In this document: positions 53,988-63,983 of the stretch, piece after piece | How positions within the stretch are numbered: the stretch's first letter is position 1 | Layout: each line of letters starts with the position of its first letter | Source of the DNA: an uncultured Planctomycetota bacterium | GTDB taxonomy: Bacteria; Planctomycetota; Planctomycetia; Isosphaerales; Isosphaeraceae | DNA length: 64,000 nt | Assembly (NCBI GenBank): GCA_963845755.1 | Contig: CAWJTV010000041.1 | Location: forward strand, 448,001 to 512,000 | Direction: 5' to 3' | Made by a program: the position numbers and the translations under genes | The notes under the pieces: generated by a model | Database searches by the model: none | Told to the model about the DNA's origin: nothing | The model's input: only the letters and a program-made list of their open reading frames with translations

Positions 53988-54200
53988 TTGCCCCGGGCTG
54001 ATTTGTTTGGCCCCTTCGGGGCAAATCGTGGTGGTGTCCAGCGAGGAGTCTCGAAAAATCGGTAGGCGTTCACGGGCCGAGGGTGATGGCCGTTTAGATA
54101 CGAACAAGTCTTGGAGCATAAGAGCCGACCTGACCCCGATACGGGCGGAGCGAGACGAGCGAGAATCCCTGTCGAGTCGCCCCGGCGAGACGCGGGAATG

Positions 54201-55506
54201 TCAATCGTCGTCTTCGAGCTCGAGTACGCCCTCCTGGACCATCTGGTGGGCCTTGACGGCCAGTTTCCCGCGGGCCATTTCGAGGTCCGCGGGGAGGGAG
54301 CCGGGGGGGATCTCCTCGAGGATGCGCAGCGCTGCGGCCGGGCGCTGGTGATCGCGGATCAGGATGCGCGCGAGCCCGAGCCGGACCCGTGACGACGCGC
54401 CGGGGTAATACCGGCAGTAGTCCCGCATCAGCCGGACCGATCGGGCCTCGGCGCCCCGGGCGTGCAGGGCCTTGATCAGCTCCAGGAGATCGGGCTGAGA
54501 CGGCCAGTTGAGCAAGGTCCGCGCGGCTTTGTCGTAGGCCTCCAGCGCGCCCTCGATATCGCCCTCGTCGATCCGCGAGCGGATGCGACGGACGGCCATG
54601 GCCCCGCGCTCTTGCTGACTCGGCCTGGCGCCGTCGGTCCCTTCGTCCTCGGCCAGACTCGCCCGGGCCTTGGCGCGCTGCTTCATGCTCCAGCGCAGGG
54701 ACCTCTTCTGGTGGTCGAGCCGCTGCTTCGCGCCGCTTCCAGTCGCGGCCGAGCTTCCGCCACCGGGACCAGATCGAGAACACGTCCCAGTTCTCGCAAT
54801 CGACCAGCCCGGTCTTGAGCAGGACGATCGCCACTGCGGTGCCCCAGAAAGCCCCCGAGAGGTGGCCGATCTCCGAGACCATGATCTTGCCCTCGATCGA
54901 CCCCCAGAACACCAGCCCGAAGAGCTGCTCGCCGATGTAGAGGATGGCCACCGTCGTGTAGTAGAGGTCCCACTGATACACCAGGACGCGGAACCCGACG
55001 ATGAGGATCACGGTACAGTTCAGCTCGTTCCGGGGCGCCCAGATCATGCAGGCCGCAAGCAGCCCGTAGATGACCGCCGAGGCCCCGGCCGCGTGCCCGT
55101 CCAGGCCTGATCTCATGAGCAGCGCCTGCACCAGCGCCCCGTGCATCGTGCCGATCGCCAGGTAGGTCGTCAGGAACTTCAACGCCCCGAGCTTCCCTTC
55201 GACCACGATCCCGAAGGACCAGAGGAACAGCATGTTCCCGGCGAGATGGAGCACACCATAGTGGAGGAAGTTGTGCGTCACCCACTGGATCGGATGCAGC
55301 CGGCCGTCGCCCACGGCCAGGGCGTAGCGTTCGAAGTTCGAGAGCTCCTCGACGCCATCGATCACGTCCCCGTTCTCGTCCAGCGGAACTGCGCTCGCTA
55401 CCGGCGGCACGATGAAGAGAATCGCAACATTGAGCAGGATCAGGGCGACCGTGGCGTACGGCCAGTGGTAGATCGGGGCGTCGGTACCCGTCGGGATGAT
55501 CAGCAT
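54201..55506 (-). CDS. Rhomboid-family intramembrane protease with helical C-terminal domain; apparent frameshift near 54725
   Basis: FLH..LHLAGNMLFLW.FG..VE, GAS catalytic motif, GHLSG. Confidence 0.88.
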
Positions 55507-56157
55507 GGGCGCGGCTCCGGGCCGGAGGGTGCACAAGGGCGATCCTGCGCCAGGCTACCATACCAGCAGCGGGATGATCGGGGGAACCATGAGCCTGCCC
55601 GCAACCTGGATCTCAGTCCCATTGACTCGCGGCGCCCCGAGGAGTAGATTACGATACGATCCGGTGCCGAGCCGATCAAAGCAGATCTCCCCCGCCGGGA
55701 AGGGCGACGTTGGTCTCGCCCACGACTTGATGACCGAGGCGCCCCGCGTCGAGGGACGCCGGAATCGGCGGGCTGCCTCCCCTCTAAGAGAGGACTTCTC
55801 CATGGCTTCGGGCCGGCGGCCGGTGACCGTCTGCTTGTCCCCTGCGATGCGGGCGCCCTCGGCCTGTGGCCAACCCGTGCCCGCACCGGAAGCGTTCTAC
55901 ATCGATCACTCAACGGACGGCCGAGTCGATTGCCCCGAGGACTGGGAAATCGACGGCGGGTGTCCGGCCGTCGTCGGACGGAGCCGCGGTCTGGATTGCA
56001 GAGGCGCAAATACCGGACCTTGCCGAAGGATCTCACGTTTCGTATCAACTCCGTGATTCACACGAATCGGCTCCTATCTCCGTGATTCGCACGAGTCGGC
56101 AGCTCGCGGGACCAGGCCGCTCCAATCCTTCTCCCCAGTATCTGGGAGTCCACCGCA

Positions 56158-57576
56158 ATGCGCAGGTTCACACTCGGATCCGGATCGGATCGCAAGGTCG
56201 TGGTCATCGAGCTCGATGGCTCTCGCATGAGTGTCGTCCAGGTCATGCCGGACGGGAGCACAAAGCGGTCGCAGAAGGAGCTGGGCAGCCAGCCGGCGGC
56301 GCGGGCCGCGAGCGATCAGATGGCCCGCGAGCTGGTCTCGCGCGGCTTCGTCGAGAAGGCCGCCAGCGGTGTCAAGCCGGCGAAGGCGGCAGCCGAGGCC
56401 GGCGCGAGTTCGCAGGGACTTGAAGACATTTCTCTCCTCGAGGGTGTCGAGCCGCCCTCCGCCAGTCCATCCATGCTGCCGCGGCTGGCGGCCGCATCGA
56501 CCGCGACCGCGGCGACGGTCGCCGAGGCCCCGCCCAAGAAGAAAAAGAAGGCCGGTGGCAAGAAGAAGCGGAAGAAGGCGGAGAGCGGCGACGCGCTGGA
56601 CAAACGCGTGCTGGCCGGCATCGGGGCCGCCGGCGCCGCCATCGTCGCCCTCATCGGATTCCTCGCCTACGACATCTTGTTGAAGCCGGCGACGATCGTG
56701 GGTAAATGGAGCGGTTCGATGACCGAGCACGAGATCAGCAAGAAGCTCACCCACACGCGCTATGACCTCACCCTCGACACCCAGAAGCACGCGTCGCTGA
56801 CCCTCCAGCAGAAGTACACCTCGACCGGCACGTACTCGCTCAAGGGGGACCGCCTCAGGCTGAGTCTCCGCGACGAGGAGGGCGCGGAGACGGAGAAGGA
56901 GTACCAGATCGTACTCGGGAGCGTGACGCTCGACTTGAAGGATCCCCAGACCGGCGAGATGACGGTCCAGTTGCTCCGATCGGGGGACGCGCCGGCGGGT
57001 GGAGGGAAGTCCGCGCCGGCCCCCGCGGCCCCGTCGGACGACGGGGAGGCCGACGCGGCGGGCGACGCGGCCCTGGCGTCGGTCGAGTTCGCGCCGAAGG
57101 ACTCGGCCTTCCGGCTCCGCTATCCCAAGGGCTGGGAGCACGAGACCGGCAGCCGACCCGACAACACCTACTCCTGGGGCCGCTTCACCAAGGGCTCGGC
57201 GACGATCGAGGCCCGCGCCGATGTCCAGGGCTCGCTGATGTCCGGCTCCGATGTCAACCGGCAGCCGCAGGAGGAGGGGAGCGAGATGGCCCCCGTGCAC
57301 CGCGCGCACGAGCTCTACAAGAAGACCGCCGCCGAGGAATTCAGCGACTACAGCGAGAGCAAGCCGGCGGCATTCAAAGGGGCGCAGCTCGGCGAAGGGC
57401 GAATCGCGCAGTTCACCGCCTCCGGCGGGGGCCTGTTCGGGTCCAAGGTCCGCGGCTACCGCGTGACCTTGCTGACCAACGACCGCCGCATCACGATCCT
57501 GTGCCATTGCCCCGAGAAGGAGTTCGCCGGGTACCGGCGGACGTTCCTGGCCGTCTGCCGGAGCCTCGCGCGCTGA
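56158..57576 (+). CDS. Membrane-anchored hypothetical protein (degenerate WGR-like N-domain, Lys-rich linker, TM, two external domains)
   Basis: 472-aa ORF with GGAG RBS; TM near aa 150-175; FRLRYPKGW resembles a PsbP/DUF1795-like start. Confidence 0.7.
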   Translation: MRRFTLGSGSDRKVVVIELDGSRMSVVQVMPDGSTKRSQKELGSQPAARAASDQMARELVSRGFVEKAASGVKPAKAAAEAGASSQGLEDISLLEGVEPPSASPSMLPRLAAASTATAATVAEAPPKKKKKAGGKKKRKKAESGDALDKRVLAGIGAAGAAIVALIGFLAYDILLKPATIVGKWSGSMTEHEISKKLTHTRYDLTLDTQKHASLTLQQKYTSTGTYSLKGDRLRLSLRDEEGAETEKEYQIVLGSVTLDLKDPQTGEMTVQLLRSGDAPAGGGKSAPAPAAPSDDGEADAAGDAALASVEFAPKDSAFRLRYPKGWEHETGSRPDNTYSWGRFTKGSATIEARADVQGSLMSGSDVNRQPQEEGSEMAPVHRAHELYKKTAAEEFSDYSESKPAAFKGAQLGEGRIAQFTASGGGLFGSKVRGYRVTLLTNDRRITILCHCPEKEFAGYRRTFLAVCRSLAR

Positions 57577-57745
57577 GACGCCGGCCGGGGCCGGATGAGA
57601 GAGAGCAGGATAATTGACCGCGCCCTGGTCAAGATCATCGATGGTTCCTTCTGGCACGAATCCGTACCGGTGGCCTCTTCTCTCTTCCCTCGGGTCTGGT
57701 GAGCGGATCTTGCCTGTTCTGTCGCAATGGTGAGAGCGGATGCTC

Positions 57746-58062
57746 TTACCAGCGCCGAAGCCAGGGCTCTCGCAGCCCAGGCGACGGCCGAGGTCGATCG
57801 CCGCTTGATACACGCTCTGCTGGGTCGCCGCCGCCCACAGCTCCAGCGGGTTGCCATGACTGCGACACCGATGACAATAGTATCGACCGCGCGCCACGTT
57901 CACCGAGAAACTGCGACGACGGCGGCCGTCCCCGCAAGCCGACAGGGGACAGCTCCCGTACCATTGGGAACCCGATCGACTCGTGGGCTCGAACCCCAGC
58001 AAGTCCAGCACCGGCTCCATCGTCACAACCGCGCGAATCTGCTCGAAGTCAACGCCGGGCAT
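57746..58062 (-). pseudogene. CHC2 zinc-finger (primase ZBD-like) protein, frameshifted near its end
   Basis: MPGVDFEQIR..GSCPL..SFSVN..YYCHRC..GNPLELW. Confidence 0.75.
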
Positions 58063-58981
58063 CGTTCCGGGCCTCGCTCTCCGGAGACGATGGTTCGACC
58101 GTTCCGTTCCCAATCATCTCTGGAGAGGGAACGGGAACAGCCCGGTCGGTCGATCCCTCCCGACGTTGCCAGCCCCCAGGTGTGCGGCACAGCCGACCGG
58201 CTCGCTCCAGCGACTCCAGCACCGCACCGAGCCGTTGGTTCTTCACCACCAGCGATTCCCGCAGCTTCGCTCGGGTCACGGGCGCGCCCGGGCTCAAAAG
58301 CTCCAGCACGCGCTGCTCCAGGCTCCGCCACTGGCCGTTGTGGGTCAGCGGGGTCGAACTGTCCCCCGGGTCCCCGACGACCTCCAGGTGGGTGGTCGCC
58401 GCGTCGGTCGTGACCAACTCCAAAGTGACCGGCGGCGCGGCCGGCGCCGCGCGGTGCTCGCTGGTGAGCACCAACGGGTCCCGACTGCGCCGCAGATACA
58501 GGTTCGAGTCGCCGAAGGCGTGGATGTCACTGGAACCGCGCAGGCCCTGACCAGCAGCCACTCCCCCCGCGGCGTTCTTGCGGGTGTGATGCACCAGGAT
58601 TCGTGACGAGGCCACGTGGGCTTTCCACCGCTCGCGCAGGGCTTTGAAGCCGCCCCGGCGATTGTGCGGTTGGAGCTTCACCGCGAAGAGATCGCCCAGC
58701 TCGCCGTAGAAGTCGGCACTCTTGGACTGGGGCCGCTCGATCACCCCGAGGGACACGTCCCGCGGGGCCGCCAGCCGTCCGGCGACGATCCGCAGCGCCA
58801 CACTCTTGCCGGTCCCCGACTCCCCCGTGATCAGCGCGAAGCCTCCTTCCTGGACGAGCTGTTCGACCCGCCAGGCGAACTGCTCAATCCGGGGAGTCAG
58901 AAACAGTCCTTCGCTGGGCAAGTCCGGTGAGAACGGGTTCCATCTCAATCCATACACCGCCAGCAGTTTCTTGGTGTTCAT
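58049..58981 (-). pseudogene. Chimeric ORF: ExeA-like transposon ATPase N-half fused to RepA/AAA_25-like C-half
   Basis: YGLRWNPF, Walker A GESGTGKS, no Walker B; abrupt switch near 58600 to LVHHTRK..LRGSSDI. Confidence 0.7.
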
Positions 58982-59185
58982 GAGAGTTCTCCGTGGGGAC
59001 CAGGGAGTGTCTTGGGCAAGTAAGCCGGCGGCAGACCGGTGGCGGAATACTCCTGGAGGATCGCTGCCAGAAGCGGCGGCAGCTCGCCGCTTTGGCGGCG
59101 AGGGTTCTCCGGCGTGTCGTCGGGGCCATCGAGTGGGATCGAACTGCGGCGGCCGGCGGCGTTGGCGGTCTTGTCCAGGGGATAA
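58978..59185 (-). pseudogene. C-terminal remnant of a DDE transposase/integrase of the type coupled to ExeA-like ATPases
   Basis: YPLDKTANA.GRR...PPLL..IL.EYSATGLPPAYLPK; stop overlaps the ATPase start; truncated at the MITE. Confidence 0.6.
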
Positions 59186-59188
59186 TTC

Positions 59189-59502
59189 GACACTCCTCGC
59201 TCATCACCACCTCGGTTCGACAGAGTTCTCTACGCCAACGGCGTTGCACAGCAAAGCCCAGGGTCGCCGCAGGCGCACCCTGGGAACGTCGAGTCGCCAC
59301 CGAGTTCCGGTTTCCCTCTCCTCCGGCGCACCCCAACGGGGTTTCCCCTGCCCGACGCTCCGGTTCGCCTGGGGAGGAAGTTCCCGACCCAGGGTGCGCC
59401 TGCGGCGAACCTGGGCTTTGCTCTTAACGCCTTTGGCGTCAGGGTTGCCGCGGAATCCCGCTCGTCGGTTCATGAACCCAGTGGTGTTCGGCGAGAAGTG
59501 TC
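59189..59502. mobile_element. MITE of the GACACTCCTCGC family with a different palindromic cargo; no TSD
   Basis: TIRs GACACTCCTCGCTCATCACCAC and GTGGTGTTCGGCGAGAAGTGTC; cargo ACGCCAACGGCGTT..AAAGCCCAGGGTCGCCGCAGGCGCACCCTGGG and inverse. Confidence 0.82.
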
Positions 59503-59775
59503 AAAAAAATGGTGGCAAAGCTGACTGGAGGCATCAGTCCCAGCCAACTTTGCCATCTTCATTTTTTTGGCGTTTTTTCGGACGCTGCGCCTTTCGATGT
59601 AATCGTTGATCTGGTAACGAATTGAGGCGACAGCCGGCGAGCCGGTCATCGGAAAACCGTAATATAAGTCAAAATTCATGCAACTGAGAGTGCGCATGTG
59701 CGGATTCTATCCTGTAGACGCGACCAACCGTACCGAGGACGACTTCCGCCGCATCCACTCCCGGGGCTGACTTCC

Positions 59776-61386
59776 ATGACCATCAACACCGCGACCAAGC
59801 CCGACCGGGCCGAGATCAACTCGAAAAACGCGCAGCGGAGTACCGGGCCTCGGTCTCCCGAAGGGAAATGCCGCTCCAAATTCAATGCTGTCAAGCACGG
59901 CATGACCGCCAGGACCCTCGTCTTGCCTGGCGAGGATGCCGGCGCACTCCAGGCACGGCTCGAGGATTGGACCGCCGATCTCCAGCCTCAGAACGGCGTC
60001 GAGCAGTTCCTGGTCGAGCAGGCCGTCCACTCCTCCTGGAAGCTCGAGCGGGCCGACCGCGCCGAGGCCGCCCGGCTCTCCCAGGTCATCGAATCCGTAC
60101 CGCAGGAGGAGGCCAATCGTCAGCAGGACGTGGTCGCCGCCCTGGGCGACTGGCTCCTCAGCGACCGCGATGTGATCCACGACCTGACGCTCCGCCGCGA
60201 TCTGCTCGACATCCTCGCCCCGGACCAGAAGCGCACCTATCCGGACTGCCGCACCCTGGACATCTTCAACCATCCCGAGGCCATCGTCCGCCGCCTGGAA
60301 GCCACCGCCATCGGCTGTCAGTGGCTGCTCGATCGGTGGACCGAGCTCCGGGCGACGCTGGACCTGGATTGCCCCTGGGGGCTGGCCGAAAAGGCCAGGG
60401 CCCTGCGCCTGCTGGGGAAGTGCCCGCTCAACCTGGAACCCGGGAAGTGGGAGGTCTACATCCAGAGCCGTGACGACGCCGAGGCGGAAACGCTCGATGA
60501 CCTGGTCGATCGCCAGCTCGACTCCCAACTGGACGAACGGCTGACGGTGACGAAACCCGAGACGCCCGCCGTGTTCCGCGGCATCGTCGACCAGGCGATC
60601 GCGCGGCTGGAGACACTCGTCGCGGGGCACCACGGTGGCGCCGAGTCCGACGCCCAGCAAGCCGCCCGGCTCTCGTTCGACGCCAGCAACGACGCCGAAC
60701 GACTGCGCCGCTACCAGTTCTCGGCCGGCCGAGCGCTGTTCCGGAGCCTCGACACCCTGATCAAGGTCCGTCGATCCGGACTGGGAGTGGAGTCAGCTTC
60801 CGTCTCCGATGGGCCCCGTTGCACGATCGAACCGTCCGATGAAGGAAATCCGCAAAACGAACCGATCGTCCCGCAGGTCGTGGAGGAGGATCCGCAAAAC
60901 GAACCCACGGAGCCACCGTCCGTTGACGCGAATCCGCAAGACGAATCCAGGGAACCGCGGGTCGTTGACGGGAACCCGCAAGACGAACCCACGGCCCAAC
61001 CCGTCGATCACACGAGTCCGCCGAACCCACCCACCAATCCGCTCGTCGATCGCGGGAATCCACGGACCCAACCCATCATCCCGACCGTCGATCGCGGGAA
61101 TCGGAAAAACGAACCCACGGACCCGCAGTTCGGGGCGCTCCATCGTCACGGCCTGGTTTATCTCCCCGCCGTGATCTCTGCGATGACGCTCGTGATCCTC
61201 TTCGTTGGCCCGGTCGGAGATCATCGCGGCTGGCAAGCCGACGTGGCGGCATCGCCGCTCGATCGCGAGAAGCGGCAAGATCAACCTAATCGGCTACGGA
61301 ACCCGGCGGAACGCACGCGCGCTCTAATTCGACCCGGCGGCGCCGACCCTCGGCACATGGGATGGCCGCATGTTGTTTCACGTTAA
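59776..61386 (+). CDS. Hypothetical protein with NAQRSTGPRSPEGK..NAVKHG N-terminal motif and C-terminal 14-aa repeats
   Basis: Long ORF with host-like codon usage; helical core; seven NPQNEP-type repeats. Confidence 0.8.
   Translation: MTINTATKPDRAEINSKNAQRSTGPRSPEGKCRSKFNAVKHGMTARTLVLPGEDAGALQARLEDWTADLQPQNGVEQFLVEQAVHSSWKLERADRAEAARLSQVIESVPQEEANRQQDVVAALGDWLLSDRDVIHDLTLRRDLLDILAPDQKRTYPDCRTLDIFNHPEAIVRRLEATAIGCQWLLDRWTELRATLDLDCPWGLAEKARALRLLGKCPLNLEPGKWEVYIQSRDDAEAETLDDLVDRQLDSQLDERLTVTKPETPAVFRGIVDQAIARLETLVAGHHGGAESDAQQAARLSFDASNDAERLRRYQFSAGRALFRSLDTLIKVRRSGLGVESASVSDGPRCTIEPSDEGNPQNEPIVPQVVEEDPQNEPTEPPSVDANPQDESREPRVVDGNPQDEPTAQPVDHTSPPNPPTNPLVDRGNPRTQPIIPTVDRGNRKNEPTDPQFGALHRHGLVYLPAVISAMTLVILFVGPVGDHRGWQADVAASPLDREKRQDQPNRLRNPAERTRALIRPGGADPRHMGWPHVVSR
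60844..61125 (+). repeat. Seven degenerate 42-bp units with core CCGCAA(A/G)ACGAACCC
   Basis: Units start at 60844, 60886, 60928, 60970, 61012, 61054 and 61096. Confidence 0.85.
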
Positions 61387-61471
61387 CTTGGCCTGGACGA
61401 GGATCGATCCATCCACCTCAGGAGGCGACTCGACCGAGAGCCTGTCCCGGAAGGCTCGGAAGCCCGTCCAA

Positions 61472-61534
61472 GTAGGGTGGGTGCAACCCACCAAGTTCTC
61501 AAGGCCTTACGTCGGTGGGTTGCACCCACCCTAC
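61472..61534. repeat. GTAG REP doublet (REPIN) related to the RAYT-flanking REPs
   Basis: GTAGGGTGGGTGCAACCCACC...GGTGGGTTGCACCCACCCTAC. Confidence 0.9.
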
Positions 61535-61775
61535 AACTGTTGAACCGGACTTCTGGGACCGACTTTGAGATTCGTCTGATCTATTACCGAGATCACCGTT
61601 TCCGCGATCTGGCATCGCGACTGCCATTCTTGCAGTCATCAAACTGGCGTCATCATCGGCGGTCATTTTGGCAGAAGAACGTGGCCCACTCCGTCGGCTC
61701 GAGCCGGGAATGGAATTATCTAGGTTCCTGATTCATGAGGGATTTATGTCGAGAGCGGTGGTCAGGATAAAGCGA

Positions 61776-61791
61776 TGGCACGACTCTTGCT
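61776..61791 (+). promoter_or_regulatory. Sigma54 (-24/-12) promoter upstream of dnaK
   Basis: TGGCACG-ACTC-TTGCT matches the TGGCACG-N4-TTGCW consensus. Confidence 0.75.
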
Positions 61792-61992
61792 TAAAGAGGA
61801 ACGCCATGAGAATATCCGTGACGAGGCGGTCGAGGCACGCGAATCCGGGATTAGCAGCGAGGTATTTCCAGGATCGTCGGGGCCTTATAGTGTGGAATCA
61901 AGATTTCCATTCGGTCGGGACGTGGAACGGCAATTGAGGGCTGGGAACCTCGACGGACAACGCACGGCTCACCGTCGGAAAGGAGACACGTC

Positions 61993-63942
61993 GTGTCTGA
62001 AGGCGAAAAGATCATCGGGATCGATCTGGGGACGACCAACAGCGTGGTCGCGGTGATGGAGGGGAACGACGTGACGGTCATCCCCAACCAGGAGGGAAGC
62101 CGGCTGACGCCCTCTGTCGTCGCCTTCTCCACCAAGGGCGACATCCTGGTGGGGGACCCCGCGAAGCGGCAGGCCATCACCAATCCGGGGGGGACGATCT
62201 ACTCGATCAAGCGGTTCATGGGGCGCCGCCATGACGAAGTGAAGACCGAGGAGAAGATGGTCCCCTACCAGGTCGTCGGGGGCCCGAGCGATTTCGTCAA
62301 AGTTCGCGTAACCAACAAGGAGTACACGCCTCCGGAGATCTCGGCGATGATCCTCCGGAAGCTCAAGGAGGCGGCCGAGAGTTACCTGGGGCACAAGATC
62401 CGCAAGGCGGTGATCACCGTCCCCGCCTATTTCAACGATAGCCAGCGGCAGGCCACGAAGGATGCCGGCCAGATCGCCGGCCTGGAGGTCGCGCGGATCA
62501 TCAATGAGCCGACCGCCGCGGCGCTGGCCTACGGGCTGGAGAAGAAGAAGAACGAGAAGATCGCCGTCTTCGACCTGGGCGGCGGCACGTTTGACATCTC
62601 GATCCTCGACGTCGCCGAGGGTGTCTTCGAGGTCCTCTCGACCAACGGCGACACCCATCTGGGCGGCGACGATTGGGATGAGTCGCTGATCAACCACATT
62701 GCCGACGAGTTCAAGAAGGAGCAAGGGATCGACCTTCGCAAGGACCAGATGGCCTTGCAGCGGCTCAAGGAGGCGGCCGAGAAGGCCAAGAAGGACCTGT
62801 CGTTCCAGGCCCAGGCGGACATCAACCTGCCGTTCATCACGGCCGATGCCTCCGGGCCCAAGCACCTGGCGATGACCATCAGCCGCGCCCAGTTCGAGAA
62901 GCTGACCGATAGCCTCTTCGAGCGGTGCCGCGGGCCGGTCCTCACGGCGATGAAGGATGCCAAGCTCAAGCCGTCCGAGATCGATGAGGTCGTGCTCGTC
63001 GGCGGCTCGACGCGCATGCCCCGGGTCCAGCAGATCGTCAAGGACATCTTCGGCAAGGAGCCGCATAAGGGGGTCAACCCGGACGAGGTCGTCGCCGTCG
63101 GCGCGGCCATCCAGGGCGCCGTCTTGACCGGCGACGTCAAGGAAGTCCTGCTCCTGGACGTGACTCCCCTGTCGCTGGGGCTGGAGACCAAGGGGGGCGT
63201 GATGACCGTCCTGGTGCCCAAGAACACCACGATCCCCACCGAGAAGAAGGAGACCTTCACCACGGCCGACGACAACCAGACGGCCGTCACGATCAAGGTC
63301 TTCCAGGGCGAGCGGCCGATGGCCCCGGACAACCGGCTCCTCGGCGAGTTTAACCTCGAAGGTATCCCGCCGGCCCGCATGGGCGTGCCCCAGATCGAGG
63401 TGGCGTTCAACATCGACGCCAACGGGATCCTCAACGTGACCGCGCGCGACAAGGGGACCGGCAAGGAGCAGACCATCAAGATCCAGTCCTCCGGGGGCCT
63501 GGACAAGGATGAGATCGAGCGAATGAAGCACGACGCCGAATCCCACGCCGCCGACGACAAGAAGCGTCGTGAGTTGGCCGAGGCCCGCAATACCGCCGAA
63601 CAGCGCGTCTATCAGCTCGAGAAGCTGCTGGAAGAGTCGAAGGACAAGCTGAGCGAGTCCGACCTGACGGCCCTCCGTGCCGCCATGGACAAGGTCAACG
63701 AGGCCAAGAAGGGCGAGGACGTCACGGCCATCAACCGGGCGATCGACGAGCTCCAGCGCGCCAGCCAGGCCATGGCCGAGCACCTCTATTCCGCGGGCCC
63801 GGGCGCGGCCGGCGCCGGCGGTGCCGGACCCGACCACGGGCCGGGCCCCGGCGACGGGCACCCCGGCGCCGCCCACGATGGCGGACCCGGCGGCGCCAAG
63901 CCTGACGACGTCATCGACGTCGAGTTCGAGGAGAAGAAGTAG
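61993..63942 (+). CDS. dnaK: Chaperone DnaK (Hsp70)
   Basis: [44 protein letters not shown] start. Confidence 0.98.
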   Translation: MSEGEKIIGIDLGTTNSVVAVMEGNDVTVIPNQEGSRLTPSVVAFSTKGDILVGDPAKRQAITNPGGTIYSIKRFMGRRHDEVKTEEKMVPYQVVGGPSDFVKVRVTNKEYTPPEISAMILRKLKEAAESYLGHKIRKAVITVPAYFNDSQRQATKDAGQIAGLEVARIINEPTAAALAYGLEKKKNEKIAVFDLGGGTFDISILDVAEGVFEVLSTNGDTHLGGDDWDESLINHIADEFKKEQGIDLRKDQMALQRLKEAAEKAKKDLSFQAQADINLPFITADASGPKHLAMTISRAQFEKLTDSLFERCRGPVLTAMKDAKLKPSEIDEVVLVGGSTRMPRVQQIVKDIFGKEPHKGVNPDEVVAVGAAIQGAVLTGDVKEVLLLDVTPLSLGLETKGGVMTVLVPKNTTIPTEKKETFTTADDNQTAVTIKVFQGERPMAPDNRLLGEFNLEGIPPARMGVPQIEVAFNIDANGILNVTARDKGTGKEQTIKIQSSGGLDKDEIERMKHDAESHAADDKKRRELAEARNTAEQRVYQLEKLLEESKDKLSESDLTALRAAMDKVNEAKKGEDVTAINRAIDELQRASQAMAEHLYSAGPGAAGAGGAGPDHGPGPGDGHPGAAHDGGPGGAKPDDVIDVEFEEKK

Positions 63943-63952
63943 TGGCGTCGTG

Positions 63953-63983
63953 AGTGACAAGTGACAAGTGGCAAGTGGCAAGT
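63953..63983 (+). repeat. Heptamer tandem repeat AGTG(A/G)CA x4
   Basis: AGTGACA AGTGACA AGTGGCA AGTGGCA directly after the dnaK stop. Confidence 0.8.

Larger units (their letters stand above)
53068..54052. mobile_element. Composite MITE (GAGACT(T/C)CTCGC TIRs) containing REPs, a nested MITE and a transposase fragment
   Basis: TIRs GAGACTTCTCGCCCAATACCACC and GGTGGTGTCCAGCGAGGAGTCTC; flanks GAAAAAAC and GAAAAATC (7/8 TSD). Confidence 0.8.

Noticed and set aside
56074..58113. 679-aa ORF as a single primase-like gene
   Set aside because: Only about 100 codons (CHC2 finger) look real; the rest is antisense to 56158-57576 after a frameshift
60844..61125. CRISPR array
   Set aside because: Repeats are short, degenerate, in-frame within an ORF and non-palindromic; no cas genes are present
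61851..61877. CIRCE element before dnaK
   Set aside because: Only TTAGCA matches; the GAGTGCTAA half is absent
61969..63981. 670-aa antisense ORF opposite dnaK (likewise 26313-27773, 43802-45505, 40572-41816, 36904-38388)
   Set aside because: Shadow ORFs expected from high-GC codon bias; no protein motifs
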